A stretch of DNA of 64,000 nucleotides from Camelus dromedarius (taxonomy: Eukaryota), in the NCBI RefSeq assembly GCF_036321535.1, contig NC_087436.1:24678001-24742000 (forward strand), given 5' to 3'. Shown here one piece after another: positions 26,684 through 38,735 of this stretch. The notes beneath the pieces are model-generated. The model was not told the DNA's origin. It saw only the letters and a program-made list of their open reading frames with translations, and searched no databases. Position 1 is the stretch's first letter. The number at the start of each line of letters is the position of its first letter. The position numbers and the translations under genes are program-made.

Positions 26684-27369
26684 ATCTTCTGTTCTGGTTT
26701 TCATGTCTTTTCTCCTTGGTTGCCTGCTTTCTTTTGGTGGATTATATTTTCTAGTAGCATCCTGAAAAATGTTGGCTGGGAATTAATCTTTTTCAGACAT
26801 TGCAATTGTGAATATATCTTTAATCTATCCTTATCCCTAAGTGATGGTTTGGGTTTAGAATTCTAGGTTGACATCATTTTTCTTCAGAATTTTGAAGGTT
26901 TTGTTCATGTAGTCTTCAGAATTATTATTGTCAAGTCTGATGCTGTTATGAATCCCCATTGTCGTGTGTTCCCTCTTTTTGTGTTCTTGAAACTTTTAGG
27001 CTTTTCTCTTTATTCCTTGTATTCTAGAGTTTCATATTATATGTGGGTTTTTTTTCTTCTTCATATATTTGTGTGTTTTCCTGGGTATGTGATGGGCTCC
27101 TTCAATTTGGAAACTCAAGCTCTACAATTCTGTGAAATTTCATTTTTATTTATTTGGTAATCTTAGTCATCTCTTTCTGGGGTCATATTTGTTACATGTT
27201 TAACCTATATTGATTCTCTGGTTTTCTTAGTATTATTTTTTCTATTTTCTACAATTTTTATTTGATCTACTTTATGAAGGATTTTCTCAATATTATCTTC
27301 CAGAACTTTTACTGATTTCAAATTTCTGCTTTTATATTTTTAACTTTCAAGAAGTCCTTTGTTATTTGA

Positions 27370-27475
27370 TCTCTTTCTTTCTTTCTTTCTCTTTCTTTCT
27401 TTCTCTCTCTCTCTCTCTCTCTCTTTCCTCCCTCCCTCTTTCTTCCCTTCCTTCTTTCCTTCCCTCCTTCCTCTT
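27370..27475. repeat. (CTTT)n/(CT)n/(CCTT)n repeat
   Basis: Directly visible. Confidence 0.95.
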
Positions 27476-28177
27476 TGTTCTTTTATTCTGCTTTTACTAT
27501 TTTGTCTAATATTTTTCCCCCATTGGGTGCTTCCTGAGAATGTTTGACTTAGTAATCCTGGACTGTCTATTAGTGCTGAAGAGTGATGCATGAAAACTGA
27601 TTAGAATTGTGTGTGCAGAGGCAGGGCTTGTCAAGATGTGGATTTAATTTAGGGTAATTGATTGGTGCTCTTTCATTGATGGGTATCTTAAGTTTCGGTA
27701 TTTATAGGTCTTTTTTTTTTTCCCTTGGATTGTTCAGTTTCCTCAGAGAAAAATGACCCAATCTCCTGCTTAGGGTGTGTGTGTTGGGGGATAGATAACA
27801 AACTAGGCTGCAGGATTCTAAGAACAGAGAGGACCAAAGGGGACAGCAGATCTCATTCTACCTTATGCATGATTTCACCTGGTTTTCCTGTCTTAGTTCC
27901 TCAGCTCTGGCTGGCATCCCTGAGTCTGGAGCTTGTCTGGGGTTAGCCTCTCAGTAAATTGCCAACATGGAGAGAGAGAGAGAGAGACAGTCACCTGACT
28001 GTACCAGCTAAGGGAGCAGACTTACAGGGAGAGGTTTAACTGCTTTGTGGATAGACTTTCAACCAGTGCTGCTCTGGTTTAGACTCACCCACCCTCCAGC
28101 CTTCACAGGCACTTGCTGTCCCTGTTTGGAGAATATTTACCTTGCCATTACTGGATGTAGAGGGGCTTCTAGTAGAA

Positions 28178-28690
28178 CAGTGGTTCTCAGAGTGTGGTAT
28201 GGGGGTCTGAAAGGTCAAAAGAATTTTTATAATGACACTGAGATATGATTTGCCCTTTTCACTTACACTCTCCTACACGCATACAGGGGAATTTTCCAGA
28301 GGCATCATGATATGTGATATCACAACAGATTAAATGCAGAAGCAGATATGAGAAACCAGCTGTCTTCTCTTAAGCCAAACATCACAGAGATTTGTAAAAT
28401 GTACAACAAAGCCACTCTTCTCACTATATTTCTTTGTTTTGAGATATAGAATTATCTTTCATAAAATAAATTATTCATGTTAACACATACTGGGTTTATT
28501 AATATTGTTAAATGAATTAAAAAATAAAAGTATCAGCTTTATGGTAAATATTGAGAGATATATATAACTCACATGAACAGAAGCTCTTTGAGGTTTTTCA
28601 ACATATTTTTTTTTCATTGAATTATAGTTGATATACAATGTTGTGTTAGTTTCTGGTGGGGTCTTGTGACCAAAACGTCTGAGGTCACTG
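28178..28690. mobile_element. hAT-Charlie MITE (MER119-like) with 8-bp TSD; contains a short L1 tail at ~28605-28656
   Basis: Termini CAGTG...CACTG; TSD TAGTAGAA (28170-28177) / TACTAGAA (28691-28698); internal AATGCAGAAGCAGATATGAGAA. Confidence 0.85.
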
Positions 28691-29109
28691 TACTAGAATA
28701 ATACTCTTGGATTCTTTCTTTTTCCTCCTTAACTTTTTCCCAGGTGACAAGAGTGACTTGATTGGAGAGGACGGGAGAAGAACTGGGCAGGCACAGCTCA
28801 GCCCTTTCCTCTCATCTTTATTTTTACATTATCCTGAGCTCTTACACTGAAGTTGTGCCTGTCTGTAATTGAGCACGTGTTCTATCACAGAGGGGCCAGT
28901 CACCTTTTGGCCAGGGCCAGCTGAGGGCCTGTGGCACTGTCCTGTGATGAGACGAGTTGGCTTATCATGGTTTGTTGTTAAGCTTGGGTACATCTGTCTA
29001 ATTCAGGAGTGGAGTCAGCAAATTTATCTAATTCTGGCAGAATAAGCTATGTTTTCTAAGAAGAGCTCTATTTGTAATAAGTGGAGACACTTAACTTTAA
29101 AAAATCTTT

Positions 29110-29350
29110 TAGTTTTTGAAATGATGTTAGACTTATGGGCAAGTTGCAAAAATCGTACAGGGAGTTCCTTTATACCCTCTGCCTGGCTTCCCCTAATGTT
29201 AATGTTTTATGTAACCACAGGGCAGAGATAGAACGCGGGAGATCACGATACAGTACTATAAACTAACCCACAGACCTGTTTGAATTTCATTAGTTTTTCT
29301 GCAAATCTTTTTCTGGTCCAGGATCCAATCCAGGATTCCACATTAAAGTC
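29110..29350 (-). mobile_element. Old L1 (L1MB/MC-like) 3' end
   Basis: TTAGACTTA...AAGTTGCAAAAAT...GTTCCTTTATACCC...GCTTCCCCTAATGTTAA...CCAGGATCCAATCCAGGAT. Confidence 0.75.
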
Positions 29351-29981
29351 ACATTTTGATCTCCATGCTGGGCTCCTGCATCTAAGCCTTGTGCATTCAG
29401 TGGAGGAAAACTGAGATGTTAGTTGTCAGTCAGCCTCGTTGGCCAGCACTTCCAGATCTTGAATTTTCTGGAACTCTATGGTGTGAAGAGATGAGTTCTT
29501 GTCTCCTTCCTCATATTCTCCACTATGGTACTTTCTGCCTTCTCCCTTTGATAACTCAGTTGCCACAAATCCGCCTCTTTTCTAAGTTCCAGAGCTTTGC
29601 TGCTACCTCTCTTCTGCTCTTGTCTGCCTTTGTGTTTCTTGTGTTTTGCTTTCTGGGTGACTCGCACTCTCTCTCCCGAGGTGGGGTCAGGTGCCAAGCC
29701 CCAGCCATGCTCTGAGAACTTGGGAACTAATATATTTTTATCCCTTTAATATTATTATGGATTGAATTTTTAGAAAGAAGCAGAGATAAATAATAGGTTT
29801 AATCTCCTTGTTTAATTAGAAATCTGACCCCTGATACTTAATCCCTAATTTGTACATTATTTTTGTTTTTCAATTGAAAACCTCATTTAAATACTTCTAA
29901 TCACTATTGTACTTAAAGGAAGATTTATAGTCACATTTAAAGTAAATAAAACTAAGGAAGGATTATGGAAGTATCGGGTGA

Positions 29982-30467
29982 TTTTATTTTTATTTATTTA
30001 TTTATTTATCTATTTATTTATATTGAAGTTTAGTTAATTTACAATGTTGTGTTAGTTTCTGGTGTACAGCAAAGTGATTCAGTTATATATTATATATATG
30101 TAAAATATGAATAACTGAATCACTTTATATATATTCTTTTTCAGATTCTTTTCCATTATAATTTATTACCAGATACTGAATATAGTTTCCTGTGCTCTAC
30201 AGTAGGATCTTGTTGTTTATCTATTTTATATATAGTAGTGTGTATCTGCTAATTCCAAACTCCTAATTTATTCCCCCTGCCCTTTCCCCTTTGGGAACCA
30301 TATGTTTGTTTTCTATGTCTATGAGTCTGTTTCTGTTTTGTAAATAAGTTCATTTGTATCATTTTTAAGGTTCTACATGAAAGTGATATCATATGGTATT
30401 TGTCTTTGTCTGATTTGCTTCACCTAGTATGATAATTTCTAGATCCATCCATGTTGCTGCAAATGAT
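29982..30467 (-). mobile_element. 5'-truncated L1 with TSD
   Basis: (TTTA)n tail; L1 3'UTR; TSD GAAGTAT(C/T)GGGT starting at 29968 and 30468. Confidence 0.93.
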
Positions 30468-31004
30468 GAAGTATTGGGTAACTTTAAAACTAATTTTAGG
30501 TACATCTATTTATTGTAATCAAACACATGTGAGCCCTGATTAGGATGCGTTTTGTAGCTTACCTTGAATTTCTTAGCTTGGAATTGATAGCCATGCCCAG
30601 GGATGTATTTTATCCTGTAGTCTTGGCTGGTATCTTGGTGCCTCCAGCTACTGGCTGCTCAGAGATCAACTGTAGGTCTCTCCTGGTCTCCTCTTCTTTC
30701 AGTTTCTGAAGAGGAAGAATTGCTAGAAGGAAGAAACACTATCTTATCTCTGGTTCCCAGCTCCCAACTTTCTCCAATCATTTTCTCACACTTCCCTGAA
30801 AAGGAAGAGTGAGATTACGCCTATGTTATACTTTTCTATAAAGTATTTTGGCTATCCTTAATGACTTTTCCTTGAATTTGGAAGTAATCATGTTCTTTAC
30901 AGTTTATAGTATTTACAGAAAGAGTAAAACATTCTCTTCCCATTTCTTATTTTAAAAATTTACCATGATGTATCTATTCCTTGTCTTTATACTTTTGCTT
31001 TCCA

Positions 31005-31635
31005 TTTTATTTTTATTTACTATTTATTTACTTACTCATTATTGAGGTATGGTTAATTTAAAATATTATATACGTTTCAGGTGTACAGCATGATTCACAA
31101 TTTTTAAAGATTATACTCCATTTATAGTTATTATAAAATATTGGCTATATTCCCTGTGCTGCATAATATATCCTTGTAGTTTATTTATTTTGTATATAGT
31201 AATTTGTACCTCTTAATCCCCTAACCCTATCATGCCCTACCCCCTTCCCTGTTGCCACTGGTAACCACTAGTTTGTTCTCTATAACTGTGAGTCTGCTTC
31301 TTTTCTGTTATTCACTAGTTTGTTGTATTTTTTTAGATTCCATATGTAAGTGATACCATACAGTATCTTTCTCTGTCTGACTTATTTCACTAAGCCTAAT
31401 ACCTTCCAAGTTCATCCATGTTGTTGCAAATGGCAAAATTTTATTCTTTTTTATGGCTGAGTGGTATTCCACTGTGTGTGTATGTATGTGTGTGTGTGTA
31501 TATATATATGTGTATGTATATATATATACATACTACATCTTCTTTATCCATTCACCTGCTGATGGACACTTAGGTTGCTTCCATATCTTGGCTATTGTAA
31601 ATAATGCTGCTATGGACATTGGGGTGCATGTATTT
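31005..31635 (-). mobile_element. 5'-truncated L1
   Basis: Similar to the reverse complement of 15041-15681; ATCCATGTTGTTGCAAATGGC; GATGGACACTTAGGTTGCTTCCA. Confidence 0.93.
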
Positions 31636-33819
31636 TTATATTCATAAATGATGTGTTACATTATTTGCTGTATATTTACAAATTGCATCCACTACTTCCT
31701 CTTGGGGTGGAAGGTGAAGGATGTGAATGGGGGAAGAAAATGTAGGAGACAGTTTCCTTGACTGTGATGCTTTATTTCTTAAAAGATAAAGATCTGTGGT
31801 ACATAAGGCAATATATTAATGTTTATTTTGAGTGGTAGAAATGGGTATTTATGGTGTCATTTTTACTCTTCTGCATTTTAAAAATAATTTTTCCAAATTT
31901 ATAACTAACCATTTTTAAAGCTAGATATAGCTTGTTTTTACTGGGAATCGTAGTGATTACATGGCCTTCTGTCATCTGAGAATGAGTCATTTTCCGTAAG
32001 TGAAATGATTCTATCCAACTGAAACTAAACTTTATGTGTGTAAACATTACTTCCCAGGCCACACCTACCTTGGTATGGGATGGTATTGACAACCATTACA
32101 AAGCAATACTTCTACATATCTGTTTTTACTCAGTCTACAGAAATTTCAACCCTCTCAAGTTTGGTTAAATACTCTAGAGATCTCTAGGAAATGTCTGCAT
32201 CAGGAAAACTTCAAAAACATCTCTCCTGGCTCATTATAATAATAACTCAAGTTACTGCCAGTGCCAGACCCAGCTGTGTCACCAGTGTTCACCAAGGCAC
32301 CGCAGCTGCCAGCGTTCAAGTTAATTGACAACTGGCAATGAGGACACTGACCTCTGTGCCCTTGATAGCTAGGTCATTGAATCGGTCACCACCTGTGGTG
32401 ACAAGGTGTTCAAAACTGCCGCTACCAACACCTTGCTATCATGAGCGCCAATATTGCTGATGTTTTAGTCTGAAGATCCCATGGTGACTTCAGAAAAGGA
32501 AGTATTTTGGCTCCTGTTGTGTGACCTGTGGTGGGTGTGGGTGGGAGGAGAGTCTGAGGGACAGTTGCATGCTATGCGCTCACTCACTTCTCCCTTGCAA
32601 GCTTGGGCCATTGACTCTGTTATTAGAATAGGGTTTTGTTGTTGTTGTCTTATCCTGGGGAGAACCTTGATCATCATTGTAATAGATCCCTGGTGAGCCT
32701 GTCCCACCAGTCCTTGTGCCGTGACCAGATAGTAGAGTAGATTTGAGGGGAACATACTTTGAATTTAAACTGGGACCCTGTTTCAAGGTCTAAAGCATGT
32801 ATTTTTTAAAAACATGGTTTAAAAAGGGGCCTTTCCTAGTGTGGAATATTTACCATCCTGACTTTAGAGATTAGTTTTATAATTCTAATGCAGGTAACAG
32901 TAAAAAGAAGATATTAATGAGTCTCTGAGAATTATATATAAAATCAAAGCATAATAATGACTTTAGAATATATGCAAAATAGGACTTAAATATAGATACT
33001 GCTCAGGTCCAGAAGCAGGAAGTACAATACAAAACTGGCAATATTAGCATGTCAAAATGTTATTATGAGTTAAGTTGAATTAATGTGTTACAAGAAAAAA
33101 CATGTCAATCAGAAGAAGAAGTAGATGGTCACTGATGGAAGGTCACAAAGTCACAGAGGCAGATTTACCACTACATCCTAGCTCTGACCAAGAGGATCTC
33201 CCCTGGTCTGTGGACTTCACCTGTTTGGGGACAGGACCAGCTTTTTTGAAGTGATATAGCCCACAAGTCCCTACATAGAACAGTCAGTCCCATGAAACAT
33301 CAGAACTTAAAGCCAAGTACTGTTGATCTGGTTCCCTGATCATTAAGATAACAGGGTACAACTGAGTTCCCTTTGACAGTTAAATTTCTCATTTTAAAGA
33401 CATAATTTGCATTTAGATTTATATACTAGTCTTTTGTAGACAAGGTTAATTTGAGGGCATTCATAGAAGAAGAATCTACTCTCAGACTGTGAAAAAAAGT
33501 CAACTCATTGAGCTTGCCAAGTTGAGAAAAGATTCTAGAGAACTGTGAATTCACTGAAGTGCCCAACATGAAGGTTCTTGGTACCAAACTCTCACTTGGC
33601 AACACCCTACCAAAGCAGGTAGCCCACAGCAAAAGTAATACAATTACATTAGAACGTTTCTAGTACAGAAAAAGAAAGTCGTAACTTCACGGATGTTACA
33701 GTTTTGCTGTTACTGTCTTGTTTTTGGCTGTATTTGCATGTAACCATTGTGTACATGTGTGTTGTATGTATCATTGAGGTCCTAACTTTAAATTTACGTG
33801 TACAGTCTTTTCACAAATT

Positions 33820-34080
33820 TTTATTGAATTGCTACTATATTCTAGGTGTTGCTTAGGTGCTGGATAGATAAAAGCTTTTGCCTTCAAAGGGTGTGCCTTC
33901 TCAAATGAGGGACAGGAAATAAATAAAGGAAAGATTCAACCCATGGCATGTCTGGTGGCAATCAATGACATGAAGAGTAAGTAAAGCAATGGAAGGAGGG
34001 AGAGGGTGATGGGTGGGGTCCAGGAAGGGGTGGGTCAGGGAAGACTTCTCAGAGAAAGTGACATTGAATCAAGATCTGAT
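33820..34080 (-). mobile_element. L2 fragment
   Basis: TTTATTGAA...TAGGTGCTGG...GGTCAGGGAAGACTTCTCAGAGAAAGTGACATTGA. Confidence 0.8.
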
Positions 34081-34954
34081 TCAGCTCTCAAGAGAATGCA
34101 GTATTAAATGAAAAGATGGAAGATATAGATTGAATAAGACTTAAGATTATTGATATATATTACTAAAAATCAATTTATTTCTTCAAGACTTGAGTGGGTT
34201 GGATATATTATGGCTATTAAATCTTTTTTTAGCTCTGGCATTTTAGTCTATTGGACACATTTATTATCTTAGTATACAGGCGTGTATATGTGTATGCACT
34301 TTCACTGGAATAGAAAGGAGAGAGTAGTAATATGTGATTGTGGATGCTTCCGTGTGAGAGATTCACCTGGCCTTCCTGAAAGATTCCAGGTCTTCCAAGA
34401 ACCTTACTCTCTCTGTGTATTAAAGGCTAAAATAAAGCAACCTACTTTAGTGCCCTGCAATACTAGGGCTATTCACACTCTTCCTGAGACCTTCCTGTCA
34501 TTTATAAGATTTTCATTTTGTATTCCCCAAATTAGAGTCTACGTTCATGTTCTTGGTAAGGTTTTTCACAATCAGCTGATAAGCATCCGAATTAAATTTA
34601 ATATAAGGTAATTTCCGACTGTCCCATTTGGAGCTAATGGGTCTTTCACCAAGTCAACACTTTCCAAGCTCGTATAATGTGCCAGCCATTAAGGAGCTGA
34701 GGCCAGAAATGGAAGACAAAGTTCCAATTCTGACAGAACTCTAGCAGGGCAAACAGTCAAGGTGACCACAACATGGCGGGACAGGTGCTGTGACAGGCGC
34801 AGTGCAGCGCGGAGAACACAGGGCCTGGGAGGCAGCCTGCGAGGCCTCCAGGGTCCTCACTTTAAAAGGAGACAGGATGGCAAGTGCATGTGCTGTAATT
34901 TAGGTAGCAGTTCCCTTATTTGTTGCACCTGATGATTACTTCTAATTTTTCGCT

Positions 34955-35540
34955 GATATAAAATAGAAGCGATTCTACTTCTAGGTAAACACCTCCAAGA
35001 ATTGGAAGCAGGGACTGGAACAGATATTTGTACACCAGCATTCACAGTAGCATTATTTACACTACCCAAAGTTGGAAACAACTGAAATGCCCAATAATGA
35101 ACAAATGGATAAACAAAATGTGATATATATGTATGTATGTATATATATAAAACAATGGAGTATATTATTCAGCCTTAAAAAGGAATGGAATTCTGACGCA
35201 TGCCACAATATGCATAAACCTTGAAACATTATGCTAAGTGATACGCCAGACAGAAAAGGACAAATATTATGTGGTACCCTTTACATGAAGCACCTAAAGT
35301 AGTTAATTTTAGAAACAGAAAATAGAATAGTGGTTCTGAGGGGAGAGGGTAATGGGGAGTTATTGTTTAATGGGTACAGAGTTAATGTTGAGAATGATGA
35401 AAAAATCCTGGAGATGGATAGTGATGATGGTTGCATGACAATGTGAATGTACTTAATGCCCCCAAAATGGATGCCTAAAATTGGTTAAAGTGGTATATTT
35501 TATGTATGTATATTTTATCACAGCTTTTTTTTTTTAAAAA
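34955..35540 (+). mobile_element. L1MB-like 3' end
   Basis: GCAGGGACTGGAACAGATATTTGTACACC...GGAGTTATTGTTTAATGGGTACAGAGTT...GACAATGTGAATGTACTTAATGCC. Confidence 0.9.
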
Positions 35541-36299
35541 CAAAGATAAGCTGATAAGTCATCCCAATGCATGTGGGAAATGCATATATCCTAACGTGTA
35601 ACACAGATTTTCCAGAATTGGGGTTATTTCCTTATTCTAGAACCTAGAAGAGATCTTATTGGATCACTTACGACATTTAATAAACATCACCAAATTATTT
35701 TGTGAAAACAATTGTGCAAATTTCCAGTTCTCCCAGGTACATACCCAAGTACAGATCTCATTGTTCACATCCCTAACCTTAACTAACGGAAACAAAATCA
35801 TTTAAATAACTCACAGCACCAGTGAAGGACTAAGCATTGGGCATAGGATCCACATTAAATTATAAGTAAAACTGGTGTCTTGTTTTACTATACACTTCTT
35901 TGTGTGTTAGTGAGGTTTATACTCTTTCAGTATTTTTTTCTAACTAGATATATCTCCACTTGTGTGAGTTCTCTGGCTTAGAATATTTTGAGATTCATTT
36001 CTCACTTAAGACAGCTTAGCTAAATACATACACAACAACAGGGTGTTTTAAAAGTGAGGAAAATTGGAGCAGCAGAAAAATAATGGTAAGAAAATAAAAT
36101 GAAGACAAGGTAAGTTATTGCATATGAAATTTGCCAAGGGATCTGGCTAGAGGAAGCCAGGTTGTCACTGAGTTTTCTGGAAGCCAATAGAAAAAAAGAA
36201 ACAAGAGCCAGTGTTTCGTGAGTTCAACCAACATTTTCTTGCTTAACATCACATTAATCCCTGGTACAGGCTCTGAAACAAATTCTTCCTGTGGGTTCC

Positions 36300-36777
36300 T
36301 ACGCCAGACTGCACCAAAAATCACAGGAGCAACATTTTACATCCCATGTGATTTTCGAAAACCTTGTCACTCCCACGCAAGAGGTGGAGTCTGTTTTCTC
36401 CTCTTCAACCTGGGCGGACTAGGGGCTGCGTGCCTTGATTACTAGAACACAGGGAAGGTAAGGCTGCATGACTGCTGATGCAAGGCGGTGAAGGGCAGCA
36501 CAGCTTCCCCCTGGCTCTCTTTCCTGGAACATATGCCTGCGAAGCCTGGCGCCTTCCTGTGAAAAGTCTGGCCACTTTGAACAAGCAATTCTGTAGAGAC
36601 CACGTGGTGGGGATAAAGCGATGTATCCAATCGGATGCAGCTGAGCGGCGCGGAGATGCGCTGTCCCTGCAGAGCGCTGCCGGGTTGCGGATTCATGGAC
36701 AAAAATAAGTTTTGTTTGTTGCTTTAAACCGCTGGGTTTTAGGATGGTTTGTTTTGTAGCAATAAGTAACTGGAACA
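36300..36777 (+). mobile_element. MLT1 (H-like) solo LTR, CpG-rich
   Basis: AAGAGGTGGAGTCTGTTTTC...CAGCTTCCCCCTGGCTCTCT...GCTTTAAACCGCTGGGTTTTAGGATGGTTTGTT...GCAATAAGTAACTGGAACA. Confidence 0.8.
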
Positions 36778-37497
36778 GTTTATTTAAAGAGAACTTAAAA
36801 ACTTCAGCAGCAATCCTTTACAACATGGGTGTGCCAAACACACATGGGGTCAAGAGCTGTTTCTCAGAGGGCTCTGTACATGCTGAACCCAGAAGCCAGA
36901 GTGCCTGTGGCTGAAGCCTTTATATGGGGCTCAGAAACAAAGCAGTTAGTGTCTCTGAACTTTCCCGTGTTTTTTTTTTTTTTGGAATACGTGTTTCTTC
37001 TCTTAGCACTATGCTCACAGTGTCTTCAGCTCATAAATAATCTTTAACACAGATGCATATTCAAAATTTCTTCTTAAAGACCATTTAACTTTCGTAGAGA
37101 ACATCTTAAATAAAACAATTTCCTGGTAGAGGCATATATTTATTTAATGGCAAACTATAGGATGTTCTAGACTTTTTAAAAAATTTAATCTAGGATTTCA
37201 GGTAAACCAGAAATCCAGGTATCTGTTACTTCCTCAAACCAAATGTGCATAATTCAAATCTAGTATTGGAAAGGTAGGGGAGTGTTTGATTCTTTCTCTT
37301 CCTTCTGATTAATACCACTGTTAAGCTCCCATAATGGGCAAGCTCTCCATGGACAGAACCCAACTAAGGGCAAGAAAATTTGGGTCTACCCAGGAAAATT
37401 ATGATGGACTGAAGCTTTCCTTGGGACCTTCTCCATGTTATTATTTACTGCTCCTCCAGAACTTCCACTGAATGGAAAATTCCTTTAGGAAAAGGAG

Positions 37498-37656
37498 GAG
37501 GGGTTGGATATAGCTCAGTGGTAGAGTGTGTGCTTAGCATGTACAAGGTCCTGGGTTCAATCCCCAGTACCTCCATTAGAAAAACAAACAAACAAACCTG
37601 ATTACCTCTCCCCCTCCACCCCCTGCAAAAAAGATAAAAATTTTAAAAAGTAAAAA
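37498..37656 (+). mobile_element. tRNA-Ala-derived SINE (camelid Vic-1 type)
   Basis: tRNA-Ala(AGC)-like head with A box TAGCTCAGTGG and B box GGTTCAATCCC; A-rich linker, ACCTGATTACCTCTCCCC, A-tail; TSD GAAAAGGAG at 37489-37497 and 37657-37665. Confidence 0.88.
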
Positions 37657-37729
37657 GAAAAGGAGACTGGTCTTACTACAGCTGTGAAAACTGGCTAAGA
37701 ACTAGAAGGTGCATGACAGGCTATTATCA

Positions 37730-37930
37730 GTTAAGAAAGCCTAAGTCTAAATCCTCTCCTGCTCATGCTACTCACTACCTGAATGACTTCAAGCAAAGTA
37801 TTTAGGCTCCCCGTGCCTTGATTTCCTCCTCTAGAAAAATAGGAGTACTTACCTCATAAGAGAGCAAGGGCTAAGTGATTTAAAAGTCTCTAGAACAACG
37901 TGTGGCATAGGAGAAGTGCTGTGTGTTAGC
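37730..37930 (+). mobile_element. MIR
   Basis: AAATCCTCTCCTG...TGACTTCAAGCAAAGTATTT...GTGCCTTGATTTCCTCCTCTAGAAAATAGG. Confidence 0.8.
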
Positions 37931-38279
37931 TGCGGCTGCTGCTACTGCTGTTACTACTACGTATTGGTAATAGGCACTCAGTGAAGTTTGTTGAATGAAT
38001 AAACGAGTGAATGAATGCCATTCTACTGTGTGCTACATTCCCCCCTTGGTATATGTTCCTATAATTTTTCAACTTCCCAGCTCTTCACCTTAGTTTTTGA
38101 AGACCTCAACCTCCCCAGGTCTACTGGACTCTTTCATAGCCTCAAGCTAAAGATTTGTCCCTATAAGTATTTGATTTGTCCCCTATTTGGCCTTCTGGAG
38201 CTCCAGGGCTTAGGTTCTCTTGTCCCTTCTGAACTTAGTTCTTTCAATGAAACTTTTTCTTGTTCATTCACAGTAAGAT

Positions 38280-38735
38280 TTACTCAGCATAAAAAAGAAT
38301 AAAATAATGCCATTTGCAGCAACATGGATGGACCTGGAGAATGTCATTCTAAGTGAAGTAAGCCAGAAAGAGAAAGAAAAATACCATGTGATATCACTCA
38401 TATGTGGAATATTAAAAAAATGAACTTATTTATAAAATAGAAACAGACTCACAGACATAGAAAACAAACTTACAGTTACCGAGGGGGAAAGGGGGTGGGG
38501 AGGAATAAATTAGGAGTTCAGGATTTGCAGATACTAACTACTATATATAAAATAGATAAACAAGTTTCTACTGTATATATATCATAGGGAACTATATTCA
38601 GTATCTTGTAGTAACTTATGATGAAGAAGAATATGAAAAGGAATATATGTATTCATATATATGACTGAAACATAATGCTGTACACCAGAAATTGTTGCAA
38701 CATGGTAAACTGACTATACTTCAATTTAAAAAGAG
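38280..38735 (+). mobile_element. 5'-truncated L1
   Basis: GCCATTTGCAGCAACATGGATGGACCTGGAG...AACTGACTATACTTCAATTTAAAA. Confidence 0.93.

Larger units (their letters stand above)
25500..28160 (-). mobile_element. Highly diverged old L1 (L1M/L1ME) fragments, interrupted by MLT1 and simple repeats
   Basis: T-rich antisense-L1-like texture (AGAATTCTAGGTTGAC...TTCAGAATTTTGAAGG...AAGTCTGATGC; TTCAATTTGGAAACTCA). Confidence 0.6.

Noticed and set aside
27340..27591. Lys/Glu/Arg-rich and Phe/Leu/Ser-rich ORFs
   Set aside because: They are translations of the (CTTT)n/(CT)n repeat.
37505..37576. tRNA-Ala(AGC) gene
   Set aside because: It has CpG-decay substitutions, a SINE body, an A-tail and a TSD, so it is a SINE head rather than a tRNA gene.
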